A DNA stretch of 63,940 nt, filler included, from Phoronis australis (taxonomy: Eukaryota > Animalia > Phoronida), in the NCBI GenBank assembly GCA_002633005.1. It is 8 parts of 8 records of this genome, joined end to end, with 100 filler letters (N's around TTAATTAATTAA, not from the genome) between each part and the next. Parts side by side here need not be neighbours in the genome. Positions count along the whole stretch, not along the records: positions 46,902 to 54,501 come from NMRA01000187.1; positions 54,602 to 61,616 come from NMRA01001384.1; 6 more parts are not named here. One strand, 5' to 3'. The position numbers were made by a program, and so were the translations under genes. A model generated the notes under the pieces. That model ran no database searches and was not told the origin of the DNA. It saw only the letters and a list, made by a program, of their open reading frames with translations. Shown piece after piece: positions 47,860 to 60,797 of the stretch (its first letter is position 1; the number at the start of each line of letters is the position of its first letter).

Positions 47860-49444
47860 CGTCCGGCGTCCGCAGCTGTATCTCCTAAACCCCTCACAGG
47901 ATCTTGATGAGATTAGGCAGATGTGTTCTTATGAAGCTGACAACGGACGACGACGAATTTCAGACCTTTCCGACTACCGGTGTGACCCCTAGTGGCAATT
48001 TTATTTTTTTACGCTTACCTCTGTATCTTCGGACGTCCTCAACGGATTTTCATAAAATTTGGAAGTTAGGCATCTATTAGTGAGATGATGCCATCTTCCC
48101 GTTTTCAGGCGGATTCAAGGTACTTTGCGCCACCTAGTGGCCATTTTTTACTGTTTTCGAGTCTGTTTTTTGGCGTCCGCCGTTCTATCAACCAAACCGC
48201 TCTAGGAATGATTTTGAAAATTAGCATACATGTTCTTACTGTGAAGAGGGCGACTGACGATGATTTTCCGACGACTTCGGCAACTGTGGCGCCTCCTAGT
48301 GGCATTTTTGTTTGTTTTTGCGCCCATGGCTTTATCTCCTAAATCTTTCACAGGATCTTAATGAGATTTGGCAGACGTGTTCCCATGAAGCTGACAACAG
48401 ATGACAACAAATTTCGGACCTTTCCAACTACCGGTGTGCTCTCTAGTGGCAATTTTAACTTTTTTACGCTTACCTATGTAGACTTGGAGGTCCTCAACGG
48501 ATTTTCATAAAATGTGGCAGTTAGAAATCTATTAGTGAGATGATGCCATCCTCCCATTTTTGGACGTGTTCGGGGTACTTTGCGCCACCTAGTGGCCATT
48601 TTTACTGTTTTCGTGTCTGTTTTTTGGCGTCCGCCATTCTATCAACCAAACCGCTCTAGGTATGATTTTGAAAGTTGACATATATGTTTTTACTGTGAAG
48701 AGGGCGGCTGACGACGATTTTCCGATGACTTAGAATACTATGGCGCTTCCTTGTGGCAGTTTTGTTTGTTTTTGCACCCATGGCTGTATCTCCTAAATGC
48801 TCTACAGGATCTTTGTTGAATTTTGCTGGTGTATTTATATCAAGTTGATTACAGAGGACGAATCGGGCTACCAATGTACCCCCTAGTGGCAATTTTAGTT
48901 TTTTTACGTTTACCTCTGTATCTTAGACGATCGTCAATGGATTTTCATAAAATTTGGCAGTTGGGCATCTGAGGTGACGCTATCATCCGGGTTTCGGTAA
49001 ATTTCGAGGCATTTTGTGCCACCTTGTGGCCATTTTTACTGTTTTCGAGTCTTGTTATTTGATGTCTGCCTTTCTGTCAACCAAACCAATCTAAGGATGG
49101 TTGTGGAAATTGGCATTTATGTTCCTAATGGGAAGAGGAAGTCTGACGATGATTTTCCGACGACTTTATCTAGTTCGGTGCCTCTTTGTGGCAGTTGTTT
49201 TTTGCGCTTATAGCCTCTTAGTGGCAATTTCATTTTTTCAGTTTCCTTTTTTTTCAGAAGTTACTTGACAGATTTTTATGAAATTTGGTAAATAGCTTTG
49301 ATGACACATACAAGTTTTCAGATGGATTCGACATATTTTGTGCCATCTGGTTGCAAGTTTTTATGTTCCAAATAAACACCCATAGAAGCACAAAGTTAGC
49401 GGTGCATTCGTGGGCGCATTTCAACGCTCCGCGTTGCTCTTGTT
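47860..49444 (+). mobile_element. DINE/HINE-like element with ~454-bp internal tandem array
   Basis: Same cgtccggcgtccgc..gtatctcc.aaacc start and gtgggcgcat.tcaacg...cgttgctcttgtt end as 1766-2659; tatctcctaaa recurs at 47879, 48333 and 48787; 5' subTIR missing. Confidence 0.75.
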
Positions 49445-52354
49445 GAATTTGGGGCCTGTTGGCCTACAAGTCTGGTTATCATGAAGGCAACTTATTTAAT
49501 TAAGAAGGCTCTAGGTTTTTGATGCAAGTCAAATTCAAATGGACTTTTTATACTATACTAAGAAATAAAAAGTTCAAACTGACAGTGGTGATGTCTGCAC
49601 ATTTGTTGCTTTAGTTTTCTTGGAAATTGGCGTTGTTGCCAACGCACCTGGTGCTAAAACTACGTCACATCTATACTCTCCTTTGTGTACAAAATCACTG
49701 GTAGAATACCATAGTCTAAAACTTTCCAGAGGTTTATTTTCATCGAGTTTTAGATATTACAATTCAACCTCAGTTGGCATTCTGAGGTGTTAAAAACATG
49801 ATATTTTTTCGGAGCTGAATTTATTCAGCCCAAACGACCTCATTTGAGTCTTAGCTTTTGTTTGTATTGAAGGTGATTACAATAAATTGCGTAGGCTACT
49901 GAAATTAACCTGCATTGTAAGCAGCTAAAATGACCAGGTCTAAATGAATTATGACCTGAGTAACAAAATGAAGCAAATTTTGGATTAGTAGGAGGCCTAG
50001 CTACTCAGTTTTCAACAGAAGTTGCGGGTTATTGCCACCTGTATGTAAATTTGACAAAAAATGATAATCCTTGAATGAGATGTATATATTGATTGTTATC
50101 AGAGTTACTACATAAACAACGTGACGGGAACAAAGGAAGTGTGCACTTTGTGAAATGCTTTGAAAAAATACCGAATTCTATTTTATCCTGTTGATAGTTA
50201 TGAGGCAGTTGAAACACTGTGCAAAATTGTTTATAATCATATGACCACCAAACTGAGAAGTAATTTTTTGCTTTGAACATGAACGGACGTCTAAAAAACA
50301 TAAACTGAGGTTGGTTTTTTGTCGTCGAATTATTTGTATTTACTGTCAATAGACAGGGGACCCTGTCTAAGATTTTTTACTTTCAGTATAACAGCAGAGA
50401 TATCAGCCAACAAAGTACCATTTAAAATAATTGCCGGTTTTTATTTCGGATGGTCCTTGCCTCCAGTGTTCAAAGCAAAATAAAATTCTGAGACATCGTA
50501 CTATTTTACCAATGGAGCATAAAATAAGAGCAAATTTTCAGGCTAATTGACGCACTCGTACTACTTATAAATATATGTTCAAAACTGAAGTGTCAAAAAT
50601 CAAAGGTATGAAAATGGCTGATAAAGACTTCTCTTGCACTTAAAATCCATTGAAGTCTCGTGCAATTCACACATTTGACGCCTAAATAATGCATTGGTAG
50701 CAATGGGTAATATAGACAACACGGTATGTTAATAATGAATTTGTGAAGGGAAATGTCAACAGAGGTTGACAGTTAACATAGCCACTGGATCAATGCTGAA
50801 ATGTTTGGAACAAGTTATGTGACACTCGTGTTTTTGGTGCGTCAACCTAAAGTTGTGGTGAAGACCTCCCACTTAGAATCACAGAATTACTCGGGTGACA
50901 ACACGATTTTAGCAATAACAGTGAAATGCTTTCATCTCGCAGACGAAATAACAATTGTGCACCAGCAGGTTTCACCAAAATACCAACATTCAATGCTCAG
51001 CTACAATTGTGTAGCCTGTATGTCCCAATGAGTCTGTTAATATTTTTGTCCAAACACAACTGGGCAACTCTTCCCACATGTCTCCCAAGATGTTCATATT
51101 GCATTCTGATCGGTCTCTGGCCTCAGTGCCATACATTTCGTTGCAGTTTGTCTAAGGCAAGTACACCTTCATCCAGGCACTTAGAAATCCTGAAAGCGTT
51201 GGAAAATATATTTTCATGCTGTTTATGCATTACTGCAGATTTGGTAAGGAGCTGAGTTGTAACATTTTTTGTCTCTTGTAAGTGAATTATAAACAACTGC
51301 TTGATGAGGGTTGACACCCTATATTGGACAATCGAAATGTATGGAATTATTTTCATTGCTGCAGACTATGAACTCACCAATACTTTTAATTTGTAAATTG
51401 ACATTTGACTGGTTTTCGATGGGATTTGCAACAGAGATTTGATTTGAGTTACTTGGCCAAATATTTGTTTTTTCTTATATGGCTGTACATCTGTTTAAAC
51501 CAGTTGGAGACTCCAAACTAAAGTAGCTATAGGGGTCTTTGAGGCCTTGATAATATTAATATGAACCACCTTAAAAATGGAAAAAAGAACAGGCTTTCAA
51601 AAAAGTTCTAGACAGTTTTGTAAAATTTTCCCACAGATATATGTAGTCAATACTAAAAACTTTGTAGTGCGTCAATTTTTAGACAACGGTTTAGTGAATA
51701 CTTTAAGGTAATAATGAGACGCAGCAGCTTGCTGTCCACCGCACAATTTTATTTTCAGTTGGCACCTGTGACAAGGGCACCATGATGGATCTTGTGATGG
51801 TACTGGGTAACGATACAATGAAGTGAGCTCTGGTAGCCTAAATACTAGACTCTGGTTCTCGCATGGCGACATCCAACAGTAGGTCTCTTAATTCCCGCTC
51901 TTATTCATGTGATTGATTCGACCCTTAGGTGAGAGTAATTCATTGATTACATTTACTCTAATGAGAACAATTTTGTAAACACTTTAACTTTTATTTGTAT
52001 TAATTGTAGGATTTATTTGTCAACATGTACAAAGACTATCAGATTTTTCATTGAAATCATCCAAGTGTTAGTTTCACACCTGTCGTAATACTTTTTCTAC
52101 CATCAAGAAGACTTTCGACATGCAAGTCCCGGTTAACCTCTTGCCTTCCACAAACTCTTTTTTTCCAAACTGGTTGATCTGCTTTGCTTGAAGGTGAATG
52201 CTATTGGGTATAAAATGTATTCATTGTTAATCCTTAGGAAATCCTCTAGATAATTACGAGTTATGCAAAGTTTTGTGAAATACGATTGATAAGCCAAAAT
52301 GTCTAGCGTTGCACAAGTTTTAACTAAAAATCTCAAACAGAGCCTGAATCAGTA

Positions 52355-53563
52355 CAGTGCAATGAGAAGTTGGTCTCTAGAAAAACAAGTTTCTCGCAAG
52401 GCCCTGTAAGTCAATTATGTCATTACAGTAGCTCACTTGCGAGTTTCCAGTTAGTCAATGTGACGTCACCGGAAGGAGGTCAAAACCCGCCATATTGTTC
52501 TTGTTTTCCCCCGAGTCTTCGCTACACACCGAAATCTTACTGGAGTTCTTATGGCGAATTTTGCGCTTAAAACGATAACATGATTTAAGGGATCGTGGGA
52601 TAACTGTGAATGGACGAAGAAAATGTGATCTTGTTATGCTGTGCGAAACTGAAATTGGAACTCGACCCGCCTCTCGTTCAGTAACGCTAGAACCTCGCTA
52701 AAAAGCAAGACTTCGCGAGATTACGCGAGATATTGCAGTGTATTTTAAGTAAGAACACGTGACTGTGACTAGGTTTTAACTAGGTCCTAGCGTAGGTCCT
52801 AGCGTCTACTGAACGCACGCCTGGTCTAGGCCTGAATGCCGCAAGCATACAGGGGCGATAGTATATCCCCATAAAAAGTTACTCATTTCAAAATACAGCA
52901 AATAAAATCAATTGTAACATGCATATGTGAACATGGATTTATAATTAGCACACACCCTGACTCTGGGAACAATTTAGTGTACAAATAACTTGAACATATC
53001 CACGAAAACCTCGCGGTTCGCTCGAGTTTCTCTCACCGGGCGCCATTTTTGGAATTCCTCGCCAAAGTCACCTGAATTTCCGTAGTTATGCTTCATCGAA
53101 GATATGGTTAGAAGCAGAAAGGGTCACTGAAGAAAGTAAGCGCCTTTTCAGGTGATAATTTTAAGTGTATAATGTATTTTTGACGAGGTGAAAACTTAAT
53201 CAGTGAGCGGATTTCGCCTATCGCCCGTTTAAAATACACGGGACGAAATTACTACGGAACGCGATGTAACGTATTGTAGTGCGAATCTAAATTTCATTTG
53301 CCATAACAGCAATGCTTGTTTGGCATTTTTCACACTAAAAGAATAAAAACTCGAAGTAAACAACAGAATACACTCTGCTACCGTGTCGGGCAAATGGCCG
53401 AACGACAAGCTTTGCCCCACTTCCGGTGACGTTACGATTAAGTCTCACATAATCTCGCGTTATTGTTATAAACTCGCAAAAGGATCTTGTCTTCAAACAA
53501 AATTTATTAGAATAGAATGTGGACAGAACTAATGCTAAATAAAGGAAAATCATGTACTCATTG
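52355..53563. mobile_element. CpG-rich segment with imperfect inverted ends (non-autonomous DNA transposon or promoter island)
   Basis: caatgag/ctcattg, ttgcgagttt/aaactcgcaa and acgtcaccggaag/cttccggtgacgt are mirror-placed at the two ends; a MITE starts at 53564. Confidence 0.45.
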
Positions 53564-55209
53564 CAGTGGCGGATCTACGTTTTCAGCAAGGGGGGAGGTT
53601 TAGGATTCTCGCCAAGGTCGAATCCTAGGCGCGTAGCGCCGAGTAGGGGGAGGTCGGGAGGGGGGTTTCCCCTCTCGTGTAAGATATTTTTTGTTTTTGT
53701 AGCCAAATAGTGAAATTTCCATGCATCCTGGTAAGTTTCTGTCACTTAACATGTCTCTGGAGTTTTTCTTAAGATAATTAAAAACCGTTCTCGATTTCGT
53801 CACGTGAACTTGGCACATATTCTGCACATCTGGGTATGAGTCACGCCACCAGAAAAAATTTTTGTTGGAACATCTGCTTACACACACCTTTTTAGCATAC
53901 GAAAAGTCGTATACGAAAAAGTGTGGTGTGTATACAGGGGCTTAGATAATTTCCAAATATTCAAGAGCATAATTAAGGAGCACCGACGGGGCGTAAAAAC
54001 TTGAATATCAGATGATCGCGTAACAGCAGCCTCAAATTGTTTAAGAACGAAGACCTGTACTGTTAGTCCGGAAATAAACATGTGTTCTGTCTCGTTACGA
54101 GAAAAACTGGCGAACGATGGTGCTCTCAACTTATAGTCTATTATTAAAAGCGACAATAAATAATTAGGTATCACTTTATTAAGCTGAATCACGTTGACAA
54201 GAATTGAAAAACGTCAAATCTATCAGGAAACAAATCATCTGAAAACAGTTTCACGAAACCAAAACATCCTGTGCACAGTGGTGAAAAGATACACAGGACT
54301 AGTTTGCAGAGGGACCAGATGTACACTGAGAGTACAGAAAAAGCTGACCTGGTCCGTCACGAGACCAAGAGTACACTGACCTGTGCTTATTATCCGTATA
54401 AAAATAGTCGATCTGTCGCGGGACCAAACAGTACTGGCTGAGATAAATAGTTTTACAAAGCACACTTTGGTAAAAAAATCACAAGACTAGTTCGCCGAGG
54501 GNNNNNNNNNNNNNNNNNNNNNNNNNNNNNNNNNNNNNNNNNNNNTTAATTAATTAANNNNNNNNNNNNNNNNNNNNNNNNNNNNNNNNNNNNNNNNNNN
54601 NGACTCCAGAACCAAAGTGGTAGACATCATCTAGAAATTAATATTGCCCCTCAAAATACATGTAAACAAGTTCGACCGCATGGTTTTAAAAGTACATATG
54701 CACAAATTTGGGCAACTTAAGTGGAACTATCTGTACTAATTACTTAATCAATATTAATTCTGACATAGGCCTACTGTAAACGTATTTTTATTGACAGGCC
54801 TACCGGCACGCCAACAAGAATCCGATCAGGAATTCAACAACACAAATTCTTGAACAAAGTCGCAACTCCGCAAATGAATGTCACTCAGTTAATAGGACCT
54901 GTAGGACTCGTGAAGATATCACACTTACTAACAAACTGTCCCGCTTTGTCGGGACCGTTCCGGTTGTTGAAACTGCGTTAAACGTCCCGCCACAGTATCA
55001 GACTCTCTTGCTTGTTCAGTTGGCATACGCAAAACCCCTCACGCCCCGTTTGTTAATTCGTGGCTAGATAGTCCGTGTTTATGCACCTACTTATTCCCTT
55101 TTCTCTCTTCCATTTGACGTAAAAATGCCATCCTCGTATTTCTGGAAACTCCGGTTTAGAGCTCTATATGTTGATATAAGTTTCGCGACGAGGTGACGAG
55201 TACATGGGC

Positions 55210-55242
55210 TATAAATTTCGGAGTCGGAGCTCGACACACAGT
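55210..55242 (+). promoter_or_regulatory. TATA box plus Inr-like core promoter
   Basis: TATAAAT at 55210 and ACAGT with the A at 55240 (30 nt spacing); donor GTGAGT at 55351 would close a first exon. Confidence 0.45.
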
Positions 55243-55903
55243 GCTACTGGTACCTAGTTGTATTTTGACAATAACCTTCATGCAGCTAGCTGGCTGGCTA
55301 GGCCCTGGGATGAATCAAAAGTCGCACAGGAAAGAAATCCGGAAAAGGTTGTGAGTATGCACATGTTGATCGACTGGACTACGTGAGCGCACGGCTACTG
55401 AGTGATCTCTTTGTGATGTACAGGCTCAGTGACGTCTCAAAAACAGCGCTTGCAGTGGGGCTTTACGGAACTAATAAATTTTACTTTTCAAAGTAAAACA
55501 GACAAATACTGTGCACTATTTAGGAATGTGTGGATGCCAGTATCCAACCATTATACTTTCAAAAATCCTGTTAAAATGCTGAAACATGTAGTTCAGACTT
55601 CCTTAACCGATTCGCAGGATAATTCATGGGTGATTTATCGTGTGACAATTGTCACTGGGGTTGAAGAGACATCTGTCATGAACTTGAAATACCAATCGGG
55701 TTTCACTTTATCGGCAGTTTGACCACTATAAATGCGGTCCAGTTTCTCCCTCTTTGACAATTCACAAACGTAATTGAAATATTTTAACGACCCTGAACTG
55801 ACATTTACCGCATTTCCCATACCTTTGCCTCGTGTCAGAAACGCCAAACGATCTCGAAGGACTTCTCACGGGGGTGTTTTGGTCATTGTTTTCGCAGACC
55901 ACC

Positions 55904-55961
55904 ATGAACCTTTATTTTGGTATAGGACTCTCCGGCAGTTACTGTATCATTGAGCTGCGCG
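55904..55961 (+). CDS. Probable start-codon exon of the LDLa-repeat gene
   Basis: ttttcgcag|accaccATG (strong Kozak), MNLYFGIGLSGSYCIIELR, phase-1 donor g|gtaatc in frame with the 56478 exon. Confidence 0.45.
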
Positions 55962-56477
55962 GTAATCCTTTCAATTCAGTAACCGAATCATTAACACAAT
56001 CAATACGCTTGATACCAACCGCAAAATAAAGATAAAAAGCTCAAGAGTGTAAGACTACATGTATGTAATGCCAATTTCTGGTCTGGCACAGACTAAACAG
56101 TCGCAACCGATGCTCAATAACCAAGTGTAGTAAAAATGTGAATTTGTACCAATATTCGTAGTTCGGGGTACTATTACACATTCACGTGTACATGTTCGTA
56201 TCCAGCAAGCGTGCTACGGCAACACTGGATTCGGCTGTATGTGCTCCCAACTTTTTTTTAAAAAACTGTTACCTAGAAAGCCAAACCTTTCAAAAAGGCC
56301 ATGGGGTAAAAACCGTTACACTGTATGGACAACTTTAACATAAAGGTATGCGGGGGAGGGTTTCCAACTCAGTTTGAGTTTCAAGGCTGTTATTGGCCAA
56401 AAAGACCATGGAATGGTTTTTCTCTCTGAAACTTCCGAAAATGTGGGGTTCTGAAAAGCCCAATTTGTGCGTTTCAG

Positions 56478-57259
56478 GGAGCAACCGTGGAGCTTCTACC
56501 GACCCACAACAGAAGGAAGCAGTAACCCATGATTCACAAGTGGGCTGGATCTGGAACAACAAACCTTCCTCAATCCCTTTAGAGAACAACACAGTCCCCA
56601 TTGTTGTTAATGATGAGAAAATCCTTCAGGGATGCTCTTCAAAAGATCATGAGTGCGCGAACGGCGAGTGCATTAACCAAGCAAAGCTGGCATTAAACCT
56701 CAGTTGTGATGGATCTGTGGACTGTAAGGACGAGAGCGATGAAAATAATTGTGATTGTAATCCACTGCTTGATTGGCACTGCCCTAACAGTAGCTCAGTG
56801 AAGTGCATTGACAAGTCATTCATTTGTGACCTAGATGAAGACTGTTCAGACGGAAGTGACGAGAAGCTATGCTCAGCTCCAGAATGTCCCCTGGGAGATA
56901 CAATGCACAGATGTGACAGCGGTCTTTGTGTTCAAGGAGTTACTCTTTGCGACGGATTGCCCGATTGTCCCGATTCTAGTGATGAAAGAAATTGCACCAA
57001 GACACAGTGTGGAAACGATACATTCCGCTGTGATTACGGAGCCTGTATTGACCCTATAAATGTTTGTGACGGATTTGGTGATTGTTTTGACAACAGTGAC
57101 GAGTTGCATTGTTCCACCCCAGTCTCCCCTTGTAATGAGTCAGAAGAATTCTCGTGCAAAACGTCTGCACTCTGCATTGATATTGATTATGTTTGTGACG
57201 AGTTCATTGACTGTTACGACTTAAGTGACGAGGAGAACTGTACGTCAAACCATCTTTAG
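56478..57259 (+). CDS. LDL-receptor class A repeat protein (5 repeats in one exon)
   Basis: tttcag acceptor at 56476-56477; five 6-Cys repeats with DC.D.SDE motifs; TAG at 57257-57259; AATAAA at about 57510. Confidence 0.88.
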
Positions 57260-57599
57260 CACTTTTCAAAGACCCAGCATGCATAACTTCTTATAGAAAT
57301 ACTGTCAAGACACTCATTTGTAAGTTAAATTGATAGCTGAACAATGGTTTATATGTGGTCTACTATACAGCACTGGTTATCATTAAAGTGGCATGGAACG
57401 TGTTAATAGGTCAAATTTGTATCATCCTAAGTGTTCCTATGATATGTAATTTGATACACGTACACATTGGCCTACGCTGTATATGGAACCGCGATTTCTC
57501 AAGTTTGTGAATAAAAGTTGGAACCTGAATGCATTCGAGTTACTTTCTTTCCTGTTTTAAGTTTTATAAATACCTCTACCCTCGTCACTGACGTCGTCG

Positions 57600-58460
57600 A
57601 TGGCTGCTTTAGTCTTCGGAATTCTTGGATGGATTTTAATGAAATTTGGCAAATACGTTTCTATCAAAGAGTTGGAGACACCTTAACTTTCTATTTTCGG
57701 ATGTCACTGACGATTCTGCGCCACCTAGTAGCCACTTTTAAAATTTCAAGTCAAAATTTCTATTTGCCAAACCCCTTGAATTATCATTATGAAAATTGGC
57801 TGGTATGTTTCTTTCGAGGAGACTGCAGCTGACGTTCGACTTTTAAACGTGTTTGACTGTTCTGGCGCCATTAGTGGGAATTTTGTGGTTTTGCGTCCGC
57901 GGTTGTATCTCTTTCATCCGTTACAAGAACTTAATGAAGTTTGACTAGTGTGTTGCTATGAAACTGCCAACATATGATGACGAGTTTCAGACCAATCCGA
58001 CGATTGGTGTGCCCCCTAGTGACAATTTTATTCTTTTACGCTTTCCTGTGTATCGTTCGAGTTGATGAAACTTGGCGAAAAGTGACGACAATAACTACCC
58101 ATTTTAGTACACTGGATTTGACGTAATGTGCGCCACCAGTGAGCATCATTTTCGATTTCGTACGGACACGATATATTCTGCGCCACCTGGTGGCACTTGT
58201 TTTACTCAATAGTCTGTTTTTGGTCTCTGCCTCTCTACCTGCCAAAATTACGAAAATTAGCAGTTGTGTTCATGACGAGAAGACCACGTTCGACGTTGAT
58301 TTTAGGACGTACCCGTCGATTGTGTTTTTTGCTTTTGCTTTTAAGCGGGTTAATACCAGTTACAAAATCTGAAATTTGGAAACTTTTTTCCATTATTGTT
58401 GCAACGAATGACGGCATCTTTCGGACGGATCAAACTGTTTCTGCGCTACTTGTGGCCATT
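57600..58460 (+). repeat. Degenerate copy of the HINE-like ~150-bp repeat units
   Basis: atgaaatttggca...gcgccacctagt/gcgccacctggtggca units resembling 47860-49444. Confidence 0.65.
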
Positions 58461-58809
58461 TTAGTTTCTTTACGTTGTAAAGAATAGACAATTGTGAACA
58501 TAGTATGTTATGTCGCCGGCGTCAGTGTTCAGCGATTGTTAGCGGGACCTTTATATGTAAATGAACTGTTGTATTCGCCGGGTGCATTCAAATGTTCGAC
58601 CTGGGTGCGACAGTCGAGAGCCAGACGTGACACGGTGTAGATGTGTCTAAAAGCTGTTTATATAAAGTGGAACTTTTTTGTCGACAGTGAAGACTTGTAA
58701 CATTCAGTGGACAAAGTGGGGACCGCAAGATGATGGTGTTGTAAGTCGGATGCTGAAAGGAAGGCACTGACCACAACTGCACTGTTCACAAACTGTGCGA
58801 ATGATAAGA

Positions 58810-59032
58810 TGGACTCTGACTCAGTAGTATTAGTTTGGGTGGTACATGGAGAGTGGACTCTGATTCAGTAGTATCAGTTTGGGTGGTACAGGGAGAGTGG
58901 ACTCTGACTCAGTAGTATTAGTTTGGGTGGTACATGGAGAGTGGACTCTGACTCAGTAGTATTAGTTTGGGTGGTACATGGAGAGTGGACTCTGACTCAG
59001 TAGTATTAGTTTAGGTGGTACATGGAGAGTGG
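58810..59032. repeat. 44-bp minisatellite, 5 copies
   Basis: Unit tggactctgactcagtagtattagtttgggtggtacatggagag. Confidence 0.93.
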
Positions 59033-59149
59033 TCGACCCGGTTATGATACATATTAGTGTTTCTGTGTAAATGTTTGATGTTGGAAGCTTCATTAAATAG
59101 TGTTTCTTTTAAACTTGTTTTCTATTGAATTGGATGATTTAAGTCACGT

Positions 59150-59885
59150 TGTGACATACGTTCCTTTTGTATCTTCAGAGTTCATTGATAAGTTTTGGCA
59201 AATAAGCTTTCTTTTAGGAAGGCGACAACGTATTCCCATTTTTAATGGATTTGGAGTTTTCTGCACTATCTCTTGGCCATTTTCACAAGCCAGTTTGTTT
59301 TGGCGTTCGTCTCTCTATCGTGCAAAGTGCACGAAGGATCATTGTGAAATTTGTCAGATGTGTTTTTGATGAGAAGGCCACGGCTGACGTTGATATTCGG
59401 ACGGTTCGACTACTTTGGCGCCTTGTAGGGGCGTTTTTTGGGTCTGCAGCTATGTCCCCGTAACCATTTATAGGATCTTTGTGAAATTTGGTGAAGTTGT
59501 ACCTATGAATAAGACAACAAATGACGAGTTTCCGACCCATTCGAGTACTACATCTGTGCCTGGTGAAAAGACGTTGAATTTTGGATGGATGTGTCAACTG
59601 CAGCGACTCCCGGTGGCGATTTTGTTTTTTGCTTACTCGGCAGAATATTCTTTGTAAATACTTTTGTCATACAATAAGTTTGACAACGACTGCCCACGAC
59701 TTTTGGACGGTTCTTAGTACCTTTGTACCCCTAGTGGCAATTTGAGTTTTTAGGTTTACCTCTGTATCTTTCAGTCCTTTGTCGTTTTTTATTAAAAAAA
59801 TTTCAAAAAGTTTCTGTTATGATGGAGATGGCGTCTTTCCATGTCGAGATGGATTTGACGTATTCTGCACCACCTAGTTCTCATT
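59150..59885 (+). repeat. Degenerate copy of the HINE-like repeat units
   Basis: ggatctttgtgaaatttgg, cccctagtggcaattt, tttacctctgtatctt motifs shared with 47860-49444. Confidence 0.65.
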
Positions 59886-60797
59886 TTTACTCTATCACCC
59901 TTACAAGCACATTGTTTTGAGTTGCAGTCGTGGGCTCTGCGGTGCTCTGTCTTCTTAACTGATGAAGTAAACTTTTGAGCAGCTGGCAAGGCTTTTAAAG
60001 TAATCCAAGTTATTGAGTGCTTTGCGTAGTAGATTACGGACTGCTTCTCCGATGTCGCCTTGGATAGTAAATGGAATTTGTAGAAAATTAAATACACTAA
60101 TAGATGTCTCAGTTTTGTATTTTTGTGTTTAGCATACATGGACGTTTATCAATATAAAATATGCGATATGAATGCATCAATCACACATTTTCCTATTCAA
60201 TCTTTGCAAAACTTTACAAGTATCCACTTGGGCCCCTTTATTTGTCTGTCTGCTAACTTGTATGGCGTTAATAGGTATAGCAAGGTAACATCTCACCTAT
60301 TTTGAACGCAAATAATAGTTGGCAGAACCTATTTGTTGTCATTTTTCAAAGGCTTTTTAACATTGTTGGGAAGACCCACAATTGTTTTGAGGGATGGTTA
60401 CTATGCAGTTGTGGAACTTAAAACAATGAAGCGTTTTCTTGGTGCATTTTACCGTTTATGAAACGAATAAAAAATTGAATTTTACTCTACTCTCCGCCAT
60501 ATTGTGAGTTAGATTTCTTTGCGTAAATGTTCACATCAGATGGTTGGAAGGGGTCAAATCATGGTTCAAGCATTAACAATTCTCTATTCACGATCGCTCT
60601 TTTTCAAAATTCACAGATAGCAAAGCAGTTTTTCTTTCCACCTCAGTCGCCACCAACTCTTGGGCTGAACAACACTAACTACCCCTCCATTCGCCACCAG
60701 TTTACTCCTTCCTTCAGGAGCCCATCCAATTTATGTCCATTGATTTCGACATACTTCACGGTTCATGGTAAATCAAAACTACAAAAATCAAGTTTAA

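Noticed and set aside
56393-56477. N-terminal part of the 288-aa ORF as coding
   Set aside because: The listed start is not ATG and a good acceptor at 56476-56477 joins in frame to an upstream Kozak ATG exon, so this part is probably intron.
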